From: Tubiluchus corallicola
Taxonomy: Eukaryota; Animalia; Priapulida
Length of the DNA stretch: 64,000 nt
Direction of reading: 5' to 3'
Assembly (NCBI GenBank): GCA_030141605.1
Contig: JAQGDQ010000046.1
Span: 620,001 to 684,000, forward strand
Position numbers and translations under genes: made by a program. This document shows positions 52,801 through 64,000 of the stretch, piece by piece. Position 1 is the first letter of the stretch. Every line of letters starts with the position of its first letter. Below the pieces are notes generated by a model that made no database searches, was not told the origin of the DNA, and saw only the letters and a program-made list of their open reading frames with translations.

Positions 52801-54201
52801 AATCAGGTAGGGTGAGTGAAAAACTAACCGGTATTCAATTACTGTCCGGTAATTTTCCCCCATTACAATGACTTCCAATAAAAGATAATTAAACTGTGTA
52901 GATCATTTGCAAAGCTGCATGTCTATGAGTTGCACACAAATTGAAGGTGCAGTTATATGATAAATTCGAACAAACGCAAATTTGTGCGGTACCAGAAGTC
53001 TTCCTACGTGTGTTTAGGCCTTGGTTCGACACAAGGAACGGATTATCCCTTGCCTGGAATGCCACACAGCTTGTTAAGAGTAAACAGATTTGAGAAAATC
53101 TAAGGGAAGTTAAAGGAAACGCAGGTAAGCAGGAAAGTTCAGTAAAAGCAGTTTAAAATATGGAACTGAAACAAAAAGTTTAAGACACTAAAGCCTCCCG
53201 AAGTTCTCACTACTATCCTAAGCGCATTTCCTAAGTTGAGTTTACTTTGCACACAGAAAACCATGTATGGGATTTCCATTCGTTTTGTAGCCCTTCTAAA
53301 TACATATGTTGCGTTGTTGTGTTTTAAAAAAACATTTTACAATCCAAAGTCACATTTGAATATCTTGAAATTTTCTACGTGCCTATCAAGCTTAATACTA
53401 GTTATTTTCAGCCGTGGTTTTTATATCACAAACAGACACAGTACATTTTCGTGCCAATGTGCACCCCTAAAGGAAACAACTAAAAAGACGCATTGCACAA
53501 CTTACACAAATCTTGCGGCAATTTGTAAATGAAGTAGGGTTGAATTGGAGGGAAGTCTATGGTTATTTCGTTTTCTAGCTGGACGTTTTGTTAATGTTAC
53601 TGCTAAACACTGTTTTCCGTGTGATCAGCAACAACTGGAAGAAACCGAAACACGAACACGAAAAGATGTTTGTATTTGCGATAATTACTACTATTATGCT
53701 TGCTATGTGTAACCATTTTCTTTGATGAGTAATACTACATTAGGCTTTAGGCTTGCGTTACATAAACAGTAAACATGTGTGTATTTTTTCGTATTTCCTG
53801 AAAGTTTCTTTATCTGCATTTTCTGAAAGTTGCATAAACACCTGAATGCATAACCCAATTAATTCCATGAATACATTGATTGATGCATATCAAAATTCCG
53901 GAGAAAAACTCGATGTTATTATTAACTGTAAAAATACAAAACTCGTCACTATTGCGCCGTCTTCCTATATACCATTCACACTTCTAGTTAAAAGTACTTG
54001 CTGTTTAATGAATTCAGATTCAGGTTACATCAAAAATACGTAAGTTTCAGCGATCAACATTATACAGGTGATTCGCTGCATCTTAACAGAAATTCTAACA
54101 GGTAAACATTTATTTTATTAATTTAATCTTATAATTTTTCTAAACTTTAATTGTTTACAGTAAATATGTTTTATGAACCCTGTGTTTGAAATAAAATAGC
54201 T

Positions 54202-54273
54202 TACTCACTCACTCACTCACTCACTCACTCACTCACCCTCTCACTAACTTACTCACCAATTCACTCATTCACT
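54202..54273. repeat. (ACTC)n microsatellite after AATAAA, likely a LINE tail
   Basis: Direct reading; the LINE origin is inferred. Confidence 0.75.
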
Positions 54274-56329
54274 TAAACATATTTACGAGCTTCAGGAATT
54301 ATGGTCCGATGTATTTTTTATTCTTGTAATACATGATTTTGTCAAGTGAAAAATATCCCTAAACGAGCGTCGAGACCGCATTTTCTTGGGAGTGTTCAAC
54401 TAGAACTGTTCAAAATGTCACAAAATGAAAATGAACATTCGCAGTGAGTATTTACATCCTTTATTAAATTTAGTTGAATTCAAATGAATTTACTTGCTTT
54501 TAGCAATCGTTGCAAACAACGGTTGAAAGGACATTGAACAATTAGAACATCTTCCTCATTTATTACACTAAATATGGAATTACTTCTGTTTTCTCCTTCC
54601 TTGGGCTCAGAAAATTGTAAAAATTACACAGAATCGTTATCCACTTCATTTGGTACCTCTTACCCTCAAATGACCTCTAATGGAAAGTAAATTCACAAAA
54701 CTTTTTAAAACATTCTCTCGCATTCCTTGTCAATAGTTACATTTTCAATAGATCTAACAGTTATGATCTAACAAACGTTTGACAAATGCCAAGACGAACA
54801 GGTCGTTCCCGATGATGATGAAGACGACGATGCAGAGTTTTGTAAATTTCCAAATTATACAGTAAAAAAAGGAATGAATCGTTTGACTCTGTTATATATG
54901 GCGAGATTTGAAATAAATAGGCATATTCAACTCAAAAAGCGAAAAATTGCTCTCATACCTTCTTCGAAAAAGGAACCTATTTCACAATAGGCCTGTAGGT
55001 ATAGGATACGTGGCTATATATTGTTTGTAAAACTTAAATGACGAATAAAGAGAACAAGGATAACAATAAAGAGAACTGGACAATAAACGATCAAAAAGCA
55101 AGCAAATATCTATAACCTATCATTTGGATGAGCAATTATTTCAAATTAAAGTGAGGCTTTATCTTTCCATCATTAAACTAACTAAGCACTCTCGTATGTT
55201 ATGAAATAACTACATCAAATTACCCGAACTTCGCGTAGCAGATAATTTGTCTCTGGTTTCAGAGTAAAATATACGCCCAGTGAAAGAAGCATTGATTGTT
55301 AATTATAATCTCGCAGAGAAGCATAAATTACAATTTCAAGTGTCGTACAAATTTTGCTTTTTGCGCCTAAATTATGATATAATGTATAGAAGAAAATAAA
55401 TATTTCCAATACATAATTCGACGCAACTTAAAAAAAATTATCTCAAACTTTAACCTACTTGTCTTTTCTAATTATACATCACCATCATCATCATCATCAC
55501 CCTCACTACCATCATCTGTCTTCTTCCTCTCCTCATCTCCTATTTTTCTTGCTTTACCTTAGGTAACATTTTTAAAGGTTTTACAGTTCTACCTAGCGCA
55601 TAATAAAGATATCATAAAAGATTTCGAAGACAAGTGCTTCTACACTTAGAACAGTTTATATTAAACTTCTAATACACATATCTAACACTTAAGCCAACGA
55701 TTTTCTGTAAAAGCAGACGGAGAAAAGTAATGCCTCTAACAAAACCAGGGCTGTATTGTCACGTGAACTGAGAAGAAAAATTCTCTAGTATTTCATAGAA
55801 AGCATGGTTCACTTACCAACCCATATAGAATGTATTTTCAATGTTTTGCTTCATATATAAAGACAAGACTTGTGTGGCCCCTTTGTATTTCACTCAGTGC
55901 AGAAGCAGAAACAGCGAAATGGTTATTGTTTGACGGAGTTCATACCTCCTAAAATGCTGTAAAAACGGGAGCTGCTGGGGGAACCTTACTGTCTGCTCAG
56001 TCACACCTCCTACTGCTTTCCTTTTGCAGTTTCATTCAGTTTCATCAACTAGCTTCTGTATGCCACTGAATCAAGCTGCTTTTATTATTTGGAAATCTAA
56101 ATTTAGAAGAAATTGCCTCAACGGCCGTTTACAACGAAATAACTAAGACGTTGTCAGGAATTTTATTTCTTTTTAAGCCGCTTTTAATTTTAAAAATCCC
56201 TACACCCGTAGTTATTGACGTATTGTAGAGTAATTAATCAAGTACACAGTCTTTTGTGATTCAGTGGTCAGGAAGAAAAAAGAGAAGAAACAAAGTTAAT
56301 AATAGTATCAAAGTTTGAAAAAAGCTAGT

Positions 56330-56680
56330 GCGAAGAGAGGAGAGAAGGGGACCGAGTGTGGTGATTACTGCGACAAATACTACATTGTGAACTAATGAAT
56401 ATTACGTACTGATAATAGTCAAGGTGGTACTTTATGCAACAGGTGCTTCTGGTAGGATTACCATACTTATTGAAAATGTTAGCTTTGTATTTATGTTTAA
56501 ACTTCCGTATTGGTGAGACGATTTTTAATTCATCTTCTAAGTCATCAAAAAACCTTGGACCTGCATTAACAAAGAACTGGCGTGCCGCATCTGTTCTGCA
56601 GAAATTAATAACACTCATTTCTTTTAGTGGCGTAATATCGAACGTTAAAAATATCGAACTAGATTCCTGAAAAAGTGAGA
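56330..56680 (-). mobile_element. LINE ORF2 3' fragment (CR1/L2-group)
   Basis: FCRTDAARQFFVNAGPRFFDDLEDELK...FKHKYK resembles the RT..F...GP..WN.LP...FK tail. Confidence 0.6.
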
Positions 56681-57141
56681 AGTAGATTAGAGGCCATATT
56701 TGGCTTTCAAAACTGAACTGGTTTTCATAACTGCCCGCAGACAAGAACTATTTGGATGGCACTAACTTGCTAGTAACTTTCACAGTTACTGCGACGAAAA
56801 CCACACACACTTATTTTAAACCGAACAAAGGTGATGGAATCAGCATTGCTTAAAAGCCGCAGACTGCAGGTCGCCGTGTATTTCGTTCTGGGAAACTTGA
56901 ACAGAAATATTCCGCTAGCTGTCTCCACAATACAGCACGGCTTCATGACTCAGCAGCATATGCAGCCGGTTGAAGATGTACATGTAAAAGCCATTCCGTA
57001 GGTGCTCACCTATTGCTGACTATCGGTAAATGACCTTAATTAGTGCTAGAAGCAAATCCTTCAACAGATCTCAAAAAATCAGTCCACCGTGTAACCGTGT
57101 TTATTTTGTTCAAACTTAAACCTTACGGACACATCTGATTT

Positions 57142-57231
57142 TGATGGTGATGATGATGTTGATGATGATGGTGATGGTGATGATGGTGATTATGATTGTT
57201 ATTATCATGATGACGATGATGATGATGATGA
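57142..57231. repeat. Imperfect (GAT/GGT)n microsatellite
   Basis: Direct reading. Confidence 0.9.
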
Positions 57232-59050
57232 CCTTTGCTGACATCACCAAGTATCAGTAACTAACACTGTCTTCACTAACACTGCTTCCCTAATATTGCT
57301 GAGCTTAAAGTTGCCCCTAAAAATTCATTGACCTCATTGATTTCAACCCAATATGCAAACTGATCTAAGCAGCCTTAAAGTCTTCAAATGAAACCCATCG
57401 CTGATTTTATTCTATGATCAAAATGAAATTTTAATTGAAATATCGCCAATGTTTCCAACGTAATTAAATGAAAGGGGATCTATTAGTCTTAGACCTGTGC
57501 TCAAAATGAAAACTTCGCTGATTTCATTCATATTAACAAGGTGTATTTAATTCAAACTTTAAAACTAAAACCTTCGTTAGTCTTAGAGAGTCTGGGCAAC
57601 GTTTTTAAGCAGAAATCTTCAATGGCTTCACAGATTTTATCCCGTAACGTTCACGACACCTTTAATGACTTACTGATCTCAACGTTGATGCTTTCGCTGA
57701 CCTCAGTGACCTCAATATGGTGCCAAAATGAATTACTCCTTTGACCTCTACGTAATGTTCAAAACGGAATATTATTAAAGCCACGTTGTACACGTGTCTA
57801 TGTTTTCCCGGAAGTGGTTTGACCTAAAATGTAGAGCAGGCAAGGAATCACTGGCATGTGTAATCTAATGGGAATTATACCAGAAAACGAGAGCCAAAAA
57901 TGTTAACCAAAGCCAGCGGGACCACTATGCACTTTTTGAAACAGACAAGTCTTTTAGAGAGTAGCACTTATACTATTAGCTATCTGTGATTCTGTGAATA
58001 ATGTAAATTATGTAACGATAATGTTGTTTCTAATACATAATACGTAGTCAGTCTAATAAACTTGTATTTTAGTCTTTTGCATCTTTAAAGCATCAACTGT
58101 TAGCTCAGCAGATCCCCAAAATCAAAACGAAACTTTCACAGACATTCACTACAGCGAATTTTAGGAACTACTTCCGCACTTTCGTTAGACATAGCAAAGT
58201 AAAGTTGGTAGAGAAGCAGGAAAGCCTAACAAAAAATTTTTAGAGACGCAAGTACGAGATCCACTGTGCATATCATCGTTCAAAAATGTAATCATTTTTA
58301 GCAGTGGTTGTGAGAAATCGCTATAATATGGCAGCTATACATTGTCATTGTTTAAATTTGAAAACATAAGCAGCACTTGGGCACCGGTCATATGTACTTT
58401 CTTGACAACCCAGGTGAAATAAAAGTTCATTAGACTAGTCTACAGTCACAAAATATTAGGGAAACCAACGGCGGGAATATTTTGTAAACAGGATCGAAAC
58501 CTGTCAAATTGAAGCCCATAAATGTGCAATATCTCAGTTGCCGACTAATATTATTCCTAAATCCAGCAGCCTTAACGGTTGCCATAGATACGAAAAGTTG
58601 CAGAAAGCCTCCATTCTGCCATCTGTTGTAGACGTTAACAAGAGTCTTTAACGCTTAAGCGCTCATGTATTTACGCAAACGGTAAATTAATTAAAGGAAC
58701 CATCTGCTCACAAAAATTAACCGGAATGCACTCGACATATAGTTCAATGCACGAAACGATTGTACTACTTTTTCTATTGGCAAAAACGTTTTCTAACAGT
58801 TGTTATAAAGATGAAATCAAAATTAGTTGCAATAATTCAGTCTATAACCGACATGATGTGATGTGTGGTTTTGAAAATGAAAAGAAAACATCGAGAACTT
58901 TAATAATAAGCTGACTACACCTACCCATTTGTTTGTAGAGATAACACACAGGTGAAAGAGTGTCGGTGGGAGCAAACGCTCCCACATTCTTTGCGTTACA
59001 AAAGCTGAAGTCTACTAAGGTATATCAAGAGTGCGCTTCCTTGTTATTTT

Positions 59051-59388
59051 CAGGATCGGATTACCCTATAGGCTAGTATAGGTTGCTCTCAAGCTTTGGT
59101 AACATTTGGTAAAAAAAAATCTGATTTTATAAGTGCGGTTGCATTACATATGTGCCAGTTTGGTTTGCAATAAATAGTAAAATAGTGATGTTTCTTAAAG
59201 AACATTTTTATTAACAAACAAGAGATAGCTGCAATAAGGTTACTTCAAGCTATATAAAATGTTGCTAAAACATATCACGAGTAAAAAATATTCAAGACGG
59301 GTGCAGGCGAGATAAAAGGTGGCTCCATCTGAGGAGGCCCTATAATTTCATTAGCCTAGGGGCCCCAAAAGGTCTTAATCCGGCCCTG
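59051..59388. mobile_element. hAT-like MITE (CAGGGCCGGATTA-type ends)
   Basis: CAGGATCGGATTA ... TAATCCGGCCCTG match 11/13; internal TAGGC/GCCTA motifs; no TSD match. Confidence 0.6.
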
Positions 59389-59488
59389 ATTGAGTATTGT
59401 ATGCGGTTCATTTCCTTTAGTTATGCACACAGGAGCTTTGGCAACTGTTTTTCTGACCGCTTTTTGGCTAAATAGCGAACTTCATTAA

Positions 59489-60029
59489 AGGAAAACCGGA
59501 CGATTGTTTAGACTCAATCTCATTTTAATTTACTGTCCAAAATATACATTTTCTTGCCAATGAAAATTAGCAATTGTTTCTTATATTTGAATAATTAGCT
59601 TAGAAAGTTAATTAACGGTAACCTAACACAGCTATTGCTTACGTCAGAAACTAACCACACTTTGTGAAATGGCAGGCATCTTCCCTTGCGCGTCAAGCAC
59701 GTTTGCGTAAATGTTGCTGTTTAAAGGTGCAATATCACGAAAATGGGCTCTACGTCTTATGACGTCAGAAACTAACACTAGTTCATAATCGTTGTTATCA
59801 CAATACCGCCTTCTATTTGTCGGCCAGACGCATGTGACAAAAAGGCACCGTTGCCAATCTTAGTAGATTCACTGAGCCGCACGGAGCTTTGAACATTTAA
59901 CAAAATTCGAGTATCCGAGAAAATTATTATTTAATCTAGGCTTTGGTTTAAAAAAAGCTATTGTAGCTTTCAATATTTTAGAGCATTCTTTATTCTGAAC
60001 TAATGTTTACACAATCGTCCGGTTTTCAT
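59489..60029. mobile_element. Kolobok-like MITE, 541 bp
   Basis: TIR AGGAAAACCGGACGATTGT matches 18/19, with TTAA on both flanks. Confidence 0.75.
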
Positions 60030-62239
60030 TTAAACTGAGTACATAGTTCTGAAGCAGGCGAAGCCATTATACTAATTATAGAAATGCACAAGCGCAGCTT
60101 ACCAGATCAAAGGCCGTGAAAATACGTCAAAATGAAGAACTACTTACCTATATGATAAAAAGGTATTTTTCTTCATTCACATAATCACTGTGTGGTTTAG
60201 GTGTTTAGGGTTGTTTCTGTTTATGTTTGTAAGACTGTCTTGTGGCGAATAAGTCCACCATTAAGGCTGCTTTCAAGACATGCTAAATTATTTTTATGCA
60301 CTTATGGTTTCATAAACTATTACTTTCATTGGCAAAAGGCAAGGATATTTGAATGTGTCACAGAACTTAAAACTAAGCACACATTAGGCCAAGCAGTAAC
60401 ACTATGACGATTACTTTTACTACATCTAAAGTAGTAAACTACTACATCTATTGACTTCCATAAATTCAGTGTCATGTAAATAGTGTCCAATAATTAATCA
60501 CATGTTGATTTTTCGAGATGCATTAAATTAAAGAGGAGTAGTATTTTCCGCTCTTTTCGGATCCTTTCAAGAAGGTCAGTTAGCTCAATGCCCCAGCCAT
60601 TCAAAGCCTAAGTAACGAGCCCGCCGCCCACAGTCTTTATCTAAGGACTATTTATAGTCTATGACTTATAATCGAATATGGTTTAATAACAATAAATTAT
60701 TTTTAATTACTTGAATTGTGAATTGTCCGTCTGTCTGCTTGTTAGTTTATCTGTCCATAAATACTTATGTCGAAACGTTCTTCCATCCGTATAGTACCTA
60801 TGTGTGTCCACCTATCTACCCACTTATCCGTAATTTTGACAAAAAATAGATCATAACTATAGAACGGAATGCCTAGTGTTCATATATACATAACGATGCA
60901 AAATGTCTAGACTCTCTAAAGATCATTCAAATCAGAGCAGAGTGTATGGTTGAGTGTATAAATTTTTTATGTTATGTAATTTTTTGTAAACGTAATAATT
61001 TTAAATAAAATGAATTGTAAATAATTGTTATTCGTTGTTTAAAGGCAAATAGCAAACTGAATGTTACTCGTTTCACGAACAACAAAGACAACCAGCAAAA
61101 CGACGCTTGTAAGTGCATTAAGGACAGCAATGTCAACCATCATTGCACATACTATTGCTGCTAAGTTACCGCAAAATAAACGAGGTAGAGAGAAGCCCTG
61201 CAGCATGAAAATTACCCGGTCTAATAAAGACTTAGAAGTTGAAGAACTTCTCGTATTTCCTTCTCAACGCAAGCATTTTGCCTGATAACATAATCATATA
61301 GCGCTTCCTGGTTAATGTATAATGTACTATGTACATGAGTAATGATGACTTAATAACTAGAATCATAAATTACTAATACGTACAAATTTGCATGGTAATT
61401 AAAAAAACTAATGATGACAAGAAGTTCAGCATTATTAGTGTGGCACAAATCGCTTCTTTTAATCACTGTGACCACAAATCCTCTCGCGATGTGTTTTTTT
61501 GTTGCAAGCTCACTTGTACTTTCTAACCAAAGATCAAGGGGTCTGTTTACAATTATTTAGAAAAGTTCCAAAGACGACCTTACGTCCAGCAACAGCTTAC
61601 AAATGAACAGTGGCACAAATCTTTTTATTGTAGCAACTCCCCACATCCCTACCTCGGAATAAAACGTTGCATAAACCTGCCAAAAGGCAGTGTGCCGAAA
61701 ATCAGACTTGCATTACTTTTACACGGATCCCTCGACTCTTCTTTCACTTCTTGTGTTATGGCATTCGGCTGAAATTGTTTACAAAAGTGTCGACACACGC
61801 CCACACCAAACCCCAGGAGTAGATTGTGTCAAAAGTGAAGTTTATGCTACAGTTTCTATTATCAGTTTTTCATCTAAACGAATTTCAGGTAGTGCCGTTT
61901 GATTGGAAACACGAATCTTCTGAAAATTACCCACAGGATCACTCTAAGGGCGATTATATTAAAAGCAAAAGTTGAACTTGCACAAGTTCCCATACGAAGG
62001 AAAAAAATGTCTGTCGGAAAGTTGAGCTTATTTTATTACTTGAGAAAATGTTACAAAGTCTCAACAATAAAACAGTGAAAAGGACATCGTGTAATTAGTA
62101 AAATGAATTTAAAGTCGGAATCACTTTACGCTTCAGCGCGCTCATTTTCCAGTTACCGCTTACACACTCATACCACTTGCAACATACACACTTATACCGC
62201 TAGATACTTGAGCAAACATTTTCGTTAACTGTTATCGAA

Positions 62240-62390
62240 TCCAGGAAAAATGTCTCAGACAAAAAAGACACAAAAAATATGAAAAAATGTCATAGGAAAA
62301 AGGCACAGGAAAAAAGAAATAACCTTAACCCTGACCCTAACTCTAGCCTAAATTTGACTTTTTTCCTGTAACTTTATTACCGGTCACCTA
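62240..62390. mobile_element. MITE fragment with CAGGAAAAA repeats and TAACCC-like internal units
   Basis: Forward CAGGAAAAA units, AACCTTAACCCTGACCCTAAC, then a reverse TTTTTCCTG. Confidence 0.45.
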
Positions 62391-64000
62391 CAAGAAATCC
62401 AAAACGTTAAACGAGAGATTTTTAATTATATTTTTTACTTTTTGATGAATCATCTAATGAAAACCAACGATAATGTATTAAGCTCGGCTAAATAACGCCA
62501 ACAACGTAACAGAATAATTATCTTGAAAAGTTAAACCTGAACTCTGTAAGCTAAATAACCCGCCAGTAACTGCTGTATGCTCGCAGCCTGGCAGAATTCC
62601 ATGCTTATCTGTAAATTGACTATATGTAGTTGTAGTGCGTTGCTTATGCATTTTGAGATACAATCCTGTGAATGAAAACTGAGTAAACACTTTAACGTTG
62701 ATGCTAATTGATCTGATGACTAATTTTTACATTTATAAACGCAGCTGAACACAAAGATTTGATCACCTAGAATAGGGAAATTTCGGAGTGAACAGCAAAA
62801 GTTTTGTTATAGGCATGCCTTCGTGCTGTCCACCAGCTTTTTTCAAATATGCCCGCAGCGAGATTCATTTGGCGGGAGATATGACACTTATTAACAATTA
62901 AAATTAATAATTATTAGCGCTTAGTTATACTTTTAATTTAAATTGTTCATTTAATTTAACGTATGCTATTAAAGTGAATTTTCTGCTGTGTAATTTTATC
63001 TATTTGAAATTATCTATTTAATTTGCTAATCATGCAGCTTGGACCATCATGGAAATATTGCGTGTATTATTGAACATCCATGTAAAAATAAATTTCTATT
63101 TCTATTTCTGCTTAAATGTTATTTTGCATTTTAAATATGGCATTTTATGCGGTAATTTCATTGGTAATTTGACTGGTAATTTCAATATTTCTAAGTGGTT
63201 ATTAAAAAGTTAAAATACAATAAGTGTTGGTTTTCTAATCTGCGTCATTCGACTGCATCCATTTAATATCATTTGTGGTTGTCAAAGACGTCAGCCTCAA
63301 AATCATTAGCTGTATTATGATAGTAGAATCGCATATACAAAATTTATGCAGAGTAAATTTATACATGTAGTCTAGCTCGTTTTAAAGATGGAAAACAATA
63401 AAAAACAATGATATTACACTTAACCGTTCTGTGAACTTAGCATGTTATGTAGGCTTCAGCACTTATTTTAGCAAACCAGCATCAGATAATTACCTGCAGC
63501 TAATTCGCACGCCCAGGTATATGTTACAATGAATAACTAATTGCCAGTCTAATGTAATTTTCGCAGGTAACGGGCAGAAGAGAAAAGGCTTTTCCACAGC
63601 TTCTAAGGCCTTCCATTGCTGCTGCGGCTCTCATTAACAAGATGCGGAAGCAAGTGACAAGCGAAATCTTATAATTAATGAATAAAACTAATTAATTTAC
63701 CAGCTTCTTTCTCTGCACATGGTCAACATATCAGATTTACTTCCTGTGAGAAGCTGCTGACTGATTACATTTGTAACAGTTCATATTGACGTGTTCCCAA
63801 ATGACTGCAGTCTCTATCATCCGTATGAATCCCTTCAGACCAACAATGTGATCGCTATAGAAGAGACTTATAAATCTATTGCAGGTCTTCCTAGAAACCA
63901 GAAACCTGTATACTAACTAGACCAACCATACAGATTTCAGTAGATGGGGGAATATATGGATGGACAGACGGACGAAGTAGCGAAGGTCTCAGAATTAAAT

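Noticed and set aside
55811-60175. Other ATG-to-gtaagt segments on the minus strand (near 55817 and 60148)
   Set aside because: They end in phase 2 and cannot join the phase-0 DH exon directly.
61653-61676. Possible 24-nt phase-0 microexon VYATFYSE (cag/.../gtaggg, minus strand)
   Set aside because: The splice signals are moderate, there is no homology support, and it is expected by chance in 20 kb; it needs RNA evidence.

Overview
AT-rich eukaryotic (invertebrate-like metazoan) genomic DNA, not prokaryotic. The window holds one multi-exon gene on the minus strand, an ARHGEF17 (TEM4/p164-RhoGEF) orthologue. I traced 20 GT-AG coding exons by hand from 43968 down to the TAG at 8500. They join in phase into 2703 nt (900 aa plus stop) covering the DH, PH-like and C-terminal beta-propeller regions. 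The N-terminal exon(s) are not confidently located: 44-64 kb looks like one large intron, with one candidate short first exon. The rest is intron, UTR and intergenic DNA with transposon debris (LINE 3' ends, TIR MITEs, a Helentron-like element, solo LTRs) and microsatellites. The most notable observation is an intact 311-bp solo LTR in an intron, in host-gene orientation, with heat-shock-element-like motifs next to its TATA box. I found no evidence of a wholly new multi-gene system. Family assignments come from remembered motifs, not database searches.
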